A DNA stretch of 64,000 nt, from NCBI GenBank assembly GCA_043228905.1, contig JBHGNT010000001.1:16182001-16246000 (forward strand). Reading direction: 5' to 3'. Positions 34,706 to 46,462 of this stretch are shown piece after piece. The number at the start of each line of letters is the position of its first letter. Position 1 is the stretch's first letter. This stretch comes from Azolla caroliniana (Eukaryota > Plantae > Polypodiophyta). Both the position numbers and the translations under genes were made by a program. The notes under the pieces were generated by a model that was not told the origin of the DNA, ran no database searches, and saw only the letters and a list, made by a program, of their open reading frames with translations.

Positions 34706-36397
34706 AGTCTCTTCTTCTTGCTCTTCTTCATCGGAATAAGGATTGTTGTTGCGGCGGTGACGGTATCTCCTTTCGACACGCTGGCTATGTTCCGTATTAT
34801 GGTAACGCTCCTCCTCACGGCCTTGCCCATTACGGCGGTACTGTTGTTGTCGTTCCATATGGAGAAATGTCAATGTGGGCCTATTCAACATATTATATTC
34901 GCATTGATCCACCGTATGCGCTCGTGAATGGCACATGGGGCAATGTATCTACATGTTACACTCCACCGCGGAGTGTCCTGAGTTTAAGCAGATTGTGCAT
35001 TGGATGGCTTGGCGAAAACGATAGTCCTCGTCCTTGGGCGGCGCGTGTCGAAGCAATGACATAGATAATCCATCGTCCTCCTCTTCCATTTCAAGCTGTA
35101 GTCCCGTTCTATGACTGCATCCGTCGTTTGGCCCATGAGATTTTTTGTATTCAATGTTGTTCGGATTGGTCGCCGTAATGCTGCCAAAAATGTTTCTTTG
35201 GCCTCATCCTCCGTAAGAGCGCGTGTCAACTGTCGGCGTAAACTCTGGAATCGCAAGTTGAAATCCACCACAAACTCTTGCTACAGCTGCTTGATTGTGT
35301 AGAACTGCCCGAGAATCTCACATTGTGGAATACTATGATGGAAGAATCGTAAGAATGACGATTGGAGCTGATCGAACGAAGCACACGACGTGATGTCGAG
35401 CTGTGAATGCCAGCGGGCAACTCGCCCATCCAAAGTTAGCCCAAAGTCAGTGATCTTTGAGGCGTGGGCTTCTGCCTCTAGGAGTCACTGCGCCATATGG
35501 TTAGTGCTCCAAACATTGAGAAATGACCGAATGTGGCCCTCAGCGTCGGTATCGCCGCTACAACGAGGGTATGAAAAAGCCATTCCGATTGCTACAGTAG
35601 TGTCTGGGAGGTTACTACTACCGCGGTGTGGGCTTCAGTGAGAAGCAGTGTCACTCTATTGATCCAGTGTAGACCGAAACTCCTACCTGTTGTGGCTTTG
35701 TTCAGTGAGCGTGGATTCTACTGTATACTCCGGGGAAGATGGGACGTGGTCGTTAAGGTGTGGTTTCTGCGTAGCTCATTCTTCTGTCTTTCGAGTGAAG
35801 GACCTGGTATGTGGTCGATTTGGTCGATATGGTCGAGTCGGTTCTCTGTGTCATCGGCGGCTAGTCATCAATCCCCTGTTGCTCGGCTGTGAAGATTCAT
35901 AGACCACCGGGCGTGCCAAAAGTGTTACCGGTTAGGAGCACGGCCTACCCTCAATCCTTCGGGGTAGGCTCTAAGAGATCGTGGTACAGGGAATGGCCAC
36001 ACGTACTATGCGTAACTACAACGTAATCTAACGTCAGGGCGTATTGGCTGTTCATGAGGTAAGACGTGAACTTGGAGACGACTACAACCGAGCTCCCACA
36101 GTGCGTAAATGCACAATGACACTTACTTACCTTAATCAATTACGTTGGGTATTGACACAGAAATAGCGACACATGAAACTCTAGAGACTGTGATCAGAGA
36201 AGACAGAAACTGTATTAAATGACTATGCTCAAAACTGCATTAGCTCTTACAATGTTCATATGCCCTTTATATACACAGGGCCTAGTAAGTTACGCTTCCT
36301 ACGTGAACCGTTACACGTGTTACTTCAATGCTTCTATTATAATAATACGCCTCTCTATCATGCGTTATTTACATTTGTCCACTTACGGCGGACAACA
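34706..36397 (-). mobile_element. Non-chromoviral gypsy 5' part: LTR (35923 to about 36397), PBS tRNA-Arg, gag N-terminus
   Basis: PBS TGGCACGCCCGGTGG at 35904-35918; gag remnant (YP..DAEGHI..FL..W..NH) homologous to the gag of 42698-52667. Confidence 0.8.
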
Positions 36398-39300
36398 ACT
36401 ACACGGCCGAGTCTCCACTACTCGCCAACTCTTCATCCGACTGGTTTGTCCAACTCAGTCGCTCATTCGGCCTACTTAACCGAAATGAGATCGGACTCTC
36501 TTCTACGGTTCTGATTTCCTCTTTAACAAGGGGCATCTCGGCCTCACTGGCCTCATCCTTAGAATTCAGAATGGATTGTATGGGAGTTGGAGGTGAAGGC
36601 ACATACCGCGAAGCCGGCTTGTCGAAAACGACATCTTGGCTTACTTGGACCTCTTTCGTAGGGGGATTATAACACTTATAACCTTTCTACTCATCCAATA
36701 GCCGACCAAGATACATTTTCGGATTTTGCATCTAGTTTCCTCCGCTTTTCCTTCGGCACATGCACATATGCTACGCTATCGAAAACCCTCAAGTATGCCA
36801 AATTCGGCTTCTTCCCGAAGTACAGCTCGTGTGGCAACACTCCTCCATTTGTAGAAGTCCGATTTTGTAGGTATACAACCTTCCTAACGGCTTCGGCCCA
36901 ATAGAATTTCGGCATATGCTTCTCCTCGAGCATTGTCATGACCGCTTCTTCTATCGTCTGATTCTTCTGCTCGACCGCGCCATTCTGATGCGGCGAGTAT
37001 CTGTAGGAGAATTCGCGTCGAATTCCTTCCTTTTACAGATAGCTAAAAAACTGGTCAAAAAAATTCTCTTTCCCAACATCAGACCTTAAGCAATTGATTT
37101 TTCGGCCTGCCTCCCGTTTGGCAAGACTCTTCACCTTTAAGAAACAGGAGAACACTTCACTTTTCTTCTCAATGAAGCACGCCCAAGTGTGCCGAGTGTA
37201 ATCAACGATGAAGGTTACGAAGTAATGACTTCCACTGATGCTCACGTTCAGCACCGGTCCCCATACATCCAAATGGATCAAATCGAGCTTGTTTCGACAT
37301 CGATTTCTTTCATTTGGGAACGGAAGTCAGTGATCCTTCCCTAACTGGCAGGCTTTGCAGACTTGGCCATTTCGGCTACTGAATTTTGGCAAACCAAAAA
37401 CGATGTTTTACGTTTGCATGTCTTGATGCTGCGGGAAGTAGACGTGGCTGAACTGCTTGTGTCACAAGTCGATGTCTGATTCAACTTTTTGCCCTTTGGC
37501 GAACATAGCGGTGCCAACATCATTTGTCTCAAGGATAGACATCCTCCCGTCTCGGCGCCCTTGCGCAATGACTTTGCCCTCTTCTTCAATGAAGCATCTG
37601 AGATGAGTAAATCGAACTTGCATGCCCTGATCAATAGTCTGTCTAACCGACACCAAGTTCTTGGTGTTTGTGGGCACATGCAAGACATTCCTCATGAATC
37701 CCTTCTGGCCGACATGGCTCAGAGGGACATCTCCGATGTGTTCGATGGGGTGAGGGGTGTCATCGTCCATTTCGACGACCCCCGGCTGCTTACGGCTTTT
37801 CCAGAGTTGAGAACCACTCCCTGTTCTTAGATTCATCATGTGGTTCGACACACCCGAATCCACATACCACACCTCATTCAACCTGGAGGTGTTCACCGCC
37901 ATTGAGTTGGCTTTGTGCCCCATCATGAAGTTTGGGCCCATTTCGGCTCGCCCTGAACCTTCAGTGTAGTGAGATCTCTAACACCTATCCCCATCTGCTC
38001 GGCTCGATCTAGCCTTGTCTGAATCAACTCGTTTTTTCTAGCACTCGCTCTCTTTGTGGCCCTTCCGGCTACAATACCAACAGTTTGTCTCGGCCTTTCC
38101 TTGCCGACCTCTGGTAGCGCCTTGACTCCCCCTACCCATGGAGGGTCCAGAACTGTTGTCCACTTTTCGATTATGCCTCAGGTTCTGCTCCTATCGGCCA
38201 CTTCCGTTATGCGCTGATCTGTCTCGTGTCATGATATGGCAAACTTGAACCCCTGACATTATGTTACATGGGTCGAGCTCTTCACCATTAGACTATATGT
38301 TGTAATACAAAGAATATTATTTTCATTTAGGTTTTACTATAGAAAATTGATGTATATTCCAGATTTCTCTGGAACATTCTAGAAACTTCAGGAGTACTCC
38401 TGAGAACACTATAAAAGGAGGCACACAGCATTATTTCGAACCAAATCGGTTCAACGCTAGTCTTAAGCCTCCTAGCTACTATTGTATATTCCCTTAACAT
38501 AATATGTATCTTTTGTTATCCTCATTCTCGAGAGAGAGAGAGAGAGAGTTCTACATCTCCCTTAGTACTAATCGTCATCGTTTAGTACTAATTCCTTCTC
38601 TGTTTTAGTATTGTTCCTGACAGTACTTCTCTGTCTTAGTACTGTTCCTGACAGTTTGAACCAATTTTTCCTCTCCTTCCTTGTCTTCCTTTATCTTCTT
38701 ACTTCTCCCTCCCTTAATACTAATCTCTTATTCCTCTTTTCTCTCATACTATGGCCATTGTTAGCGCTTAAGAATATCAATCCGTTTTCTCAGAGCTGCA
38801 ATGCTTGAAAGAGAAGTTCCTTGCTTTGGAACAAGAAAATCAATGGTTGTTGGGGAATCTTCAACAAATCTCCTTAGAAAAGTAGCAGACGCAACAACAA
38901 CATGGGGAACTAGTGGTACACGTGCAACAACTCGAAGCAACCTTAGTAGCGATGCAACGATAAGGACCCAGTACGCAAGGGATTCATAAAGAACCCAAGA
39001 TCGGCCTTACCATGAAATTCGATGGAACGAATCACAGTTTAGAGGATTCCTTAATCAGGTACGAGTAGTCATTCAAATGCATCCTTCTCGATATCCCACT
39101 GATGCATCATGAGTGGGACTAGTGGGCCCTCTACTTAGTGGCACAACTTTGGCATGGTTCGCTCCCCTGTTAGAAAAAAGCTCTCCCTTGTTAAATAATT
39201 TCGAAGAGTTTATTACCAAGTTTAAAGCCTGTTTCGGAGATACCGACAGTGATAGAACAACAATCAACAAAATCCAAAGATTGCGCCAAGGTGAGCGGTC

Positions 39301-42300
39301 GGCCTCGGCTTATGCTGCGGATTTCCGTCTTCTCGCCACCGATATTCCCTGGGATGACCAGGCACTAATGGAGCAATTTCATTTTGGCCTACGTAATGAT
39401 GTTAAAGATTTACTCTTAACTTTCCCCAAGGAGCAAAAGTCATTGATAGAAGCAATCAATCGTGCGGTGCGATGCGATAATCGCCTCTTCGAACAACGTT
39501 CAAAACGTCAGTTCCAGATCGGAGCCCACCTACGCTTCAATCGTAGCAAAGCCTTTCCCAAGGGAGTCATTCAATACGTCTTCAACAAATACTCCGACTC
39601 CAATGGAAATTGACACCACATGTCACCGCAGACCACTATCGGAAGAAGAAAAGCAGCGATACAGGGAAAATCGATTATGTCTTTATTTCGGTGGATCGAG
39701 GCATATTGCAGTGAACTGCCCCCATCGACCGAAAAGGCAGGTAAATCAAATAACCGCTAGTACTAATAGTACTAAACCCGAGTCTATTCCTCTAGGTGTG
39801 TCTGATAGTCCTAATAGCCCAAGCCTTTGAAACAAATTTGAAATTCTTAGTCAACTAGAAGAAGAGTTAAACGATTAAGTCCAGCCAAAATAGGAGCCGT
39901 TTGGTTGGGCAACCCTAGATCTATGTAGCCCATTAGTGGTTCCATTTCCTCTAAGCAAGTTAGCAATGTGTTCTTAACTCAAGTAATGGTTAGCACTAAA
40001 AGTACTCCTCCAATACATGTCTTAGAACTCTTAGATTCCCGAGCCAACTCTTGCTTCATCGATAGGAATTTTGCCCAAGCTCATCAGATATCCCGAAAGA
40101 AACTCCCATGTCCAGCCTCTGTAGTAGTCATCGATGGTCATCCCATTGCTTCCAGGAATATTATAGAAGAGTCAAAACCCGTTAATATTGTCCTAGATAA
40201 CTTAGCGTGTGTAGTATCATTTAATATAATTAGTATCCCAAACATCCCTTTGTTTTGGGATTACCATGGTTCGAATTACATAACCCAGCCATAGATTGGA
40301 GAACAAGAGAAATACGGTGTCGACAAACCCGAGGATCTACTCATAAGATTGCAATCATTTCGCTACATTAGTTGCGTGAGGAAGGACACAAGGAAGAAAT
40401 GTTTCTCTTCGCAATATCAATGCATCCCTCCAGTATCAATAAAGAGGAGTCCACCATTCAACTTCCAGAGAAGTATCGTCATTATGCCGATGTGTTCGAT
40501 AAAGTATGAGCTAATACGCTTCCTCACCATCAACCATATGATTGCCCCATAGATCTATTTGGATGATCTACTGGTTTATTCGAAGACCCAAAAAGAGCAT
40601 GATTCTCATGTACTTTTAGTACTAAAACGACTTCGACAACATGGTCTTTATGCAAAACTTGAAAAATGTAGTTTCGGGTGAAACTAGGTAGAATTTTTGG
40701 GCTATGTCATTTCCTCAGAAGGCATCTCCATGGATCCAGCTAAGGTCAAAACGGTGGTAGAGTGGCAGACTCCGTGTTCGTTGCGAGATGTGGAATGCTT
40801 TTTAGGCTTTGCCAATTTTTACCGCACGTTCATACAAGATTACTCAAAGCTTGTTCTGCCTCTTAGACAACTTACCAGGAAGGGAAAATCGTTCGTTTGG
40901 TCTGAAGAATCGGACATTTCTTTTGAGAGTCTTAAGAAGGCATTTACATCAGCTCCTATTTTAACTCATGTTGATCTAGAGAAACCATTCATCATTGAAG
41001 TAGACGCGTCGCATTTCACCTTGGGTAGCATTCTGTCTCAACAAGGTGATGATGAGAAGCTACATCATGTGGCTTTCCATTCACGCAATTTTGACGCCGC
41101 AGAAATCAACTATGAAATTTATGATAAATAGCTATTAGCAATAGTGGACTCTTTTATGCAATGGAGGCATTTTCTAGAGGGGTCTTCTCATCAAGTCATC
41201 GTATTCAGTGATCACAAAAACCTTGCCTACTTTCAGAATGCTCATGTGTTATATCGACGTCAAGCTAGGTAGGCCCAATTCCTCACTTGTTTCGACTTCA
41301 AAATTACATATCGTCCGTGGAAGCAACAAGGGAAGGCAGATGCATTATCACAACGTTCGTATCTAGCACCGCGTCCCGGCTTTCGACCACCAAAAGCAAG
41401 TAAACTTCGGCATGACTGCAAGCAACGTAGGTCTTCGGTATGCCCTTGGATTCCCACGTTATCGATACCATACGTGAGGACTTGAAGACAAATGTTTTCG
41501 CTCAAGCCATTCTAGCACAAATTGATCCCTCTCAAGCATCTTGTTCACAGTCGCAACAACCAGGTACGGACTATCAACAATTCCAATGTCATGACGTATT
41601 ACTATTCTTTAATAAACTCTTGTATGTTCCTAATGGTACTTATCGCTTTCAAGTAGTCCAAAACTGTCATGACACATATACAACTGGGCATTTTGGTAGT
41701 ACTAAAACACTAGATTTAGTACAACAATCCTTCTAGTGGCCCCATATGCGACAATTTTTCGAAGATTTTGTTCGGACTTGTGATGCATGTTGTAGAGCAA
41801 AAATGCCAAAGAATCATCCATATGGTTTATTAGAACCATTACCAATTCCAAGCAAGCCATGGCAATCCAATACCCTAGATTTTATCACAGATCTTCCGGT
41901 CTCTAAGGGATTCGATGCGATCTTAACAGTAGTAGATCGATATACAAAGATGGCCCATTTCCTGCCATGTACTAAGGAAATCTCCAGTGAAGAAACCACT
42001 GAAATTGTCATGCGTGAAGTATGTCAGCATCATGGCCTTCCCGATAGTATCATCAGCGACCGTGGACCCAAGTTCATCTCGAAGTTCTGGAAGCACCTCT
42101 TTAAAATGCTTAAGGTCACTTGTAACCTCTCCTCCGGCTACCACCCGCAAACAGACGACCAAGCAGAACTAACAAATCAAACGCTGGAGCAGTATCTTCG
42201 GTGCTTTTTAAGCTATCATCAAGATAACTGGGCGGATATTCTCCACTTCGCTGAATTTGCGTATAATAATTCTATCCACTCATCGACAAAGGTGACACCA

Positions 42301-43088
42301 TTTTATGCTTACATAGGTTGTCACGCCCGGTGGTGTGTATTTGAAACCCCAGAGTTACCTAAAAATCCTTTTGTAGAGGATCATTTGGAGTGGCTACGTA
42401 AGATACAAGCGGATTTATCTACTCATTTAGAGCAAGCTCAACAAACACACAAGGTTTACGCGGATCGTCATCGGCTTCCATCCAGTTTTGACATTGGAGA
42501 TGGGGTGTGGCTACTACGACGACACATCAAGACTACTCACCCATGCGAGAAGTTGGATTACCGGCGATTAGGTCCTTTCCATATTATCGGAAAAATTAAT
42601 GATGTCGTTTGTCGTCTCGATCTACCTCCACAACTTCGGATACATTCGGTGTTTCATAGTTCTCTCCTCGAACCCTATCAAGACAGCACCATCCTAGTGT
42701 TGTCTGTCTGGCCGGACTAGCCTCAACACAAGTGTCTATCCGACACTTCTCCAAAGGGGTGGTAAGGATTGGATGCTAGGTTACACGCGTAAGATGATTA
42801 CAATTAAGCACAGACGGTAACAATACGAGATACAGATAAACACGCAATAATTACTATTGTATTACTTCCGTCAAAACCCTTTACAAATCATCGGATCCTT
42901 TTATAGGCATCCGGCAAGGTTACAATCGGTGCGCTTAGGCAACCGACATCCGAATCGGTCCGGATCCGGATCGGTACAACTGTACCGGATCCGTCCCTCC
43001 GAATAATAATTCTACTATTATTTACTTCCTATTATCCGATCCGACTCCGCCTTCCCACTTGTCCTTGCTCTTCTGACCGGCCAACACA

Positions 43089-43104
43089 TGGCACGCCCGT
43101 GGGA
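43089..43104 (+). promoter_or_regulatory. Second, antisense PBS-like site (tRNA-Arg UCU) at the PPT position
   Basis: TGGCACGCCCGTGGGA, 2 nt from the 3' LTR; matches the PBS at 35904-35918 and the 3' end of the tRNA at 21837-21912. Confidence 0.75.
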
Positions 43105-43136
43105 AAGTGCCTTGCACTTCGAATCCACTCCCGGCC

Positions 43137-46034
43137 TCAGTCTTCCTCCAAAATATCGAGCACACTCTGCTCGATGGTGTCAAGTGGTGCTTCTTCCTCC
43201 TATTCCTGTTCCTTGCCTGCCTGGTCTCCGACCTCCGGTTGGGTGGGCTGTTCCGTAAAAATTTGCTGCTCCGGCTCTGCTTGATTCTGTGGTGCCGGTG
43301 CTTCCTCACCGCTTCGTCCGGGTTCTTCCTGTTCTCCCTCCGTTCCTAGCTCTGTTCTGTTACCAGTGTCGCTTTCTCCGGTCTCGACTGGTCGACTCGA
43401 TATGCCTCCTTCCTCTGCTCTGGTGTCTTCCGGTCTCAGCTCTTCTTCTTCTCCGGCATCGGTCTGCTCCTGCTCTTCTTCAAGTTCGTCTTCGGGTATT
43501 CCTCGTCGGGGTTGTTCGGTGTCGGTTGGTTCATCTTCAGCCGGTCGCTCTCCCTCACTTATCGTGATTGGCGTCGTTCTTCCCTTAGCTTCCTGTCGTA
43601 ACCGGTCCTGCTCGTATCTCTCCAACTCCAACCGAGTTGCGAGCTGCCCGTCATCCAACCTCTCTACCAACCCTCGGATTTCTTTGAGGTGTTCTTCTGC
43701 TAAAGTGTAGAAATCCTCCGACAATTCTTCCCGAATGGCAACGATACTTTCTTCATCTATCTTGTAGAACTTGTCATCGGTCTTCCTCCGATTCTCGGCA
43801 TCCGCTCAGAGTGTCTGCAGCTCGGCTGCCTGTTGTGACCACTCCTTCCATAGCTTTTCCGTACTTTCGTTGATGCTTGCCTGAGCTCGGGTACTCCATC
43901 CTAACATGATGAGCTTGATCCGGTCAACCCCTGCCTTAGCATGCGCATAAGCTTCCTGCTTTTCCTTCCTTGCCCGTTTTATAATGTCGGCCATTATCTG
44001 AGCCTGGGCCTCGTAATCCGCTTTCTGCTTTTCATAGGTACTTTGCAGTTTGTTGATCGTGAAGGTCGATTTTTCCTTTTCTTCATTCCTGATCTTGGTC
44101 AGGTCCAGCTTTTCCCGCCTTAGCGCCTCTAATTCCTTCCTTCTCTCCGTCGCTTGGGCTATTTCCGCCGACAATGCTTCCTTGTTGGCATTGACCTCAT
44201 CCATTGCCTTAGCCAGGTCTAATCGGGTCTCTTTGAGCTGTTCTTTCAGCTTCTCTATTTGCCGGTCGTAGTCTGCTGCCCGTTTCTTGTTGTCCGACTC
44301 GGCCTGCTTGTGATCTCGGTAGAGACGGTCGAAGTCCTCCGTCTTCTGCTTCAGGCGTCGGTTTGCCTGAGCTCTTAACCGATCGTCCCGGTCCTTTTGT
44401 TGTCGGAGTTCTTCCTGCAGTCGTTCTATCTCTTGCTCGGCATGTCGACGTAGTCGGTCCTTCTCCTTTTGCAGCTTCTCTTTTTCTTCTTGCAGTCGGT
44501 CATTAGCGGCTCGACCTTTCCGGAGGCCTTCTTCCATTTTTCGTCTGTCGTCCTCCACCGCTTTCCGCTGCTCCCTTTCTCTTTCCCTTAATGCCTACTA
44601 AGCTTTTAACTCCTCTCGTAAGGTTTTTATTATTTTTTCGGTCTCAGGGCCGGTTTGCAAGGCTACCGGTTCCGGTTCCGGTTCTGGTTGCTTCCTTGTT
44701 GTCCCGACCGGCTCGGTGACAACTTGTGCTTGTTGAATTCCTTCCCTTGCCTGCAACAGCTCCCCTTGCATTTCCTCGATCTGTGTTCGGAGCGCGACCA
44801 ACTCCTGAGTTGTTGTATGCGTCAGCTGTTGCCTACACGTTTCTTCTTTTTCTAACTGGTCCGCTACTCCCGATAACTGCTCCGAAAGCCATCTCAGCCA
44901 TTGTGGCTTTGTTCTTCCTGTGTCAGGGTGGCCTTGCTCACTTAACTCAGGCTGTTTTTCCGGCCTTTTCTCTGGCTCCGGCGCTTGTTCCTTCTTCTTC
45001 TCTGGGATGACCGGTTCTCTGAAGTCCGGCACAACCGATGTCGGTGCTGCTTCCCTTGGTACGGGTTCCGGTGCTGTTTCCGCCTCGGCTACTGGAGATG
45101 GTCCTTGCGCCCTCTGCTGAGTTCTGTCCACTGGTGGAGCCGGTCCTTTCGCCCGTTTCTCCCGACCTTGTCTTGCTGGGAGTCTTACCAGTGGTTCGGA
45201 TGAGTCTTTTGTTTCAGCTTCCTCCTCCGGTGCGGTTACTAGACGGACCTTTTGTATAAAGTCCTCTGGTTCCGGTTCCGGCCGTCGCAGCGTTATATGG
45301 ATTGGTTTGCGCGCTACCGGTTCCTCCTCGGCTGATTTCCCTTTGCCTTTACCTGCCGGTTTTGCCTTTGTTGCCGGTTCCTGTTGTTGTCGGGATGGTC
45401 CTTCCCCCTGCTGTTCTGCTTCTTGCTGGGTCCATCCGGGGGTGTGTTTCTCCAAGATCTGTCGGCGCTTTGTGACCTTTTTCGGCGTCGTCTCCTGCCG
45501 ACCTCTTTTCTTTTGTGTGATGGGGAGCACCGGTGGGACTAACACCGTTAGCCATTGTGCTATCCCGGCCCATGGCTTTTTTCCTTCCACAAGATTTTTG
45601 ATGGCCTCCTTCAATCCTTCGGTTATGAAATGGAGCCAGTCTATTTGTAAGCCTTCGTACGCTGCTATTAAGAACGTTGCCCGGTACTTGGCTATGGCCG
45701 GGGGACGGGGATTCACGAATCCGTATTCCATCATGGCGCGGGCCACTTCTCCGAACAGCAGGTTCTCTCCGCCCTGCGTTCGGTACGCCTTGCTGCTGAT
45801 AGAGTACTCACCGAAATATTCGAACAGGATCTCACTTGAAGGGTTTTCGATTGTTTGAAGTCCTCCTGCTTTTATCCCCGTGAGCGCCTGCACCGCTCCT
45901 TCCGTGACTTCTGATATATCGATTGATGATGCCGCCTGCTCTGGTTCTGCGTGTGGTGGAGCGTCGGCGATCCACAGCAATCCTTTTAACCCGTTCTCCC
46001 TCATCCATTGGCGTGCCTCTTCCGACAGTACCAT
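43137..46034 (-). pseudogene. Extra ORF (about 965 codons): conserved N-terminal domain, P/E/K-rich linker, long coiled coil, acidic tail
   Basis: ORFs 44598-46298, 43806-44558 and 43200-43724 share one frame, broken only by TAG/TGA codons; start inferred from homology with the ATG at 16374. Confidence 0.85.
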
Positions 46035-46462
46035 TGTTTCAAATTCTTCTTCTGCTGCCTGTTGTTCGGGATCGCGCTGTGTGTGCTCTGTGCGTCGGAT
46101 CGCTCTTCTGTGCTTCTGCGCCTGTATGTAGGAAAATTCATAAAAAGTGAGCCCTTCGCAGGCCTGTGTCTTATATAGTGGCTTTTGCCTCGAGCCGCCC
46201 TTTTTCGTTTCCCGCGCATGTTCCTCTCCCGCCATAATTAGTATGTCCTTTCTTGTTTGCCGCGTGTGAGTGCCCACGTTCCATGCTTTAAATAGCAAGT
46301 ACGTGCACGTCCTTCTTTAATGCATGGCGCCTCTTCGTTGCATGGTGGCGCTCCCACCTCTTGTGATCTCCCCATCATTACTATGATTCGCATCGATTTT
46401 GCCCACGTCTTCTTTTTTTTCTTTTTTTTCTTTTTTCTTTTCTTTTCTTTGTTTGAACCACG

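Noticed and set aside
43806-44558. Coiled-coil ORF as a captured host myosin/SMC gene
   Set aside because: It is in frame with the flanking ORFs inside the LTR-bounded element and has no motor or ATPase motifs; it is part of the extra ORF.
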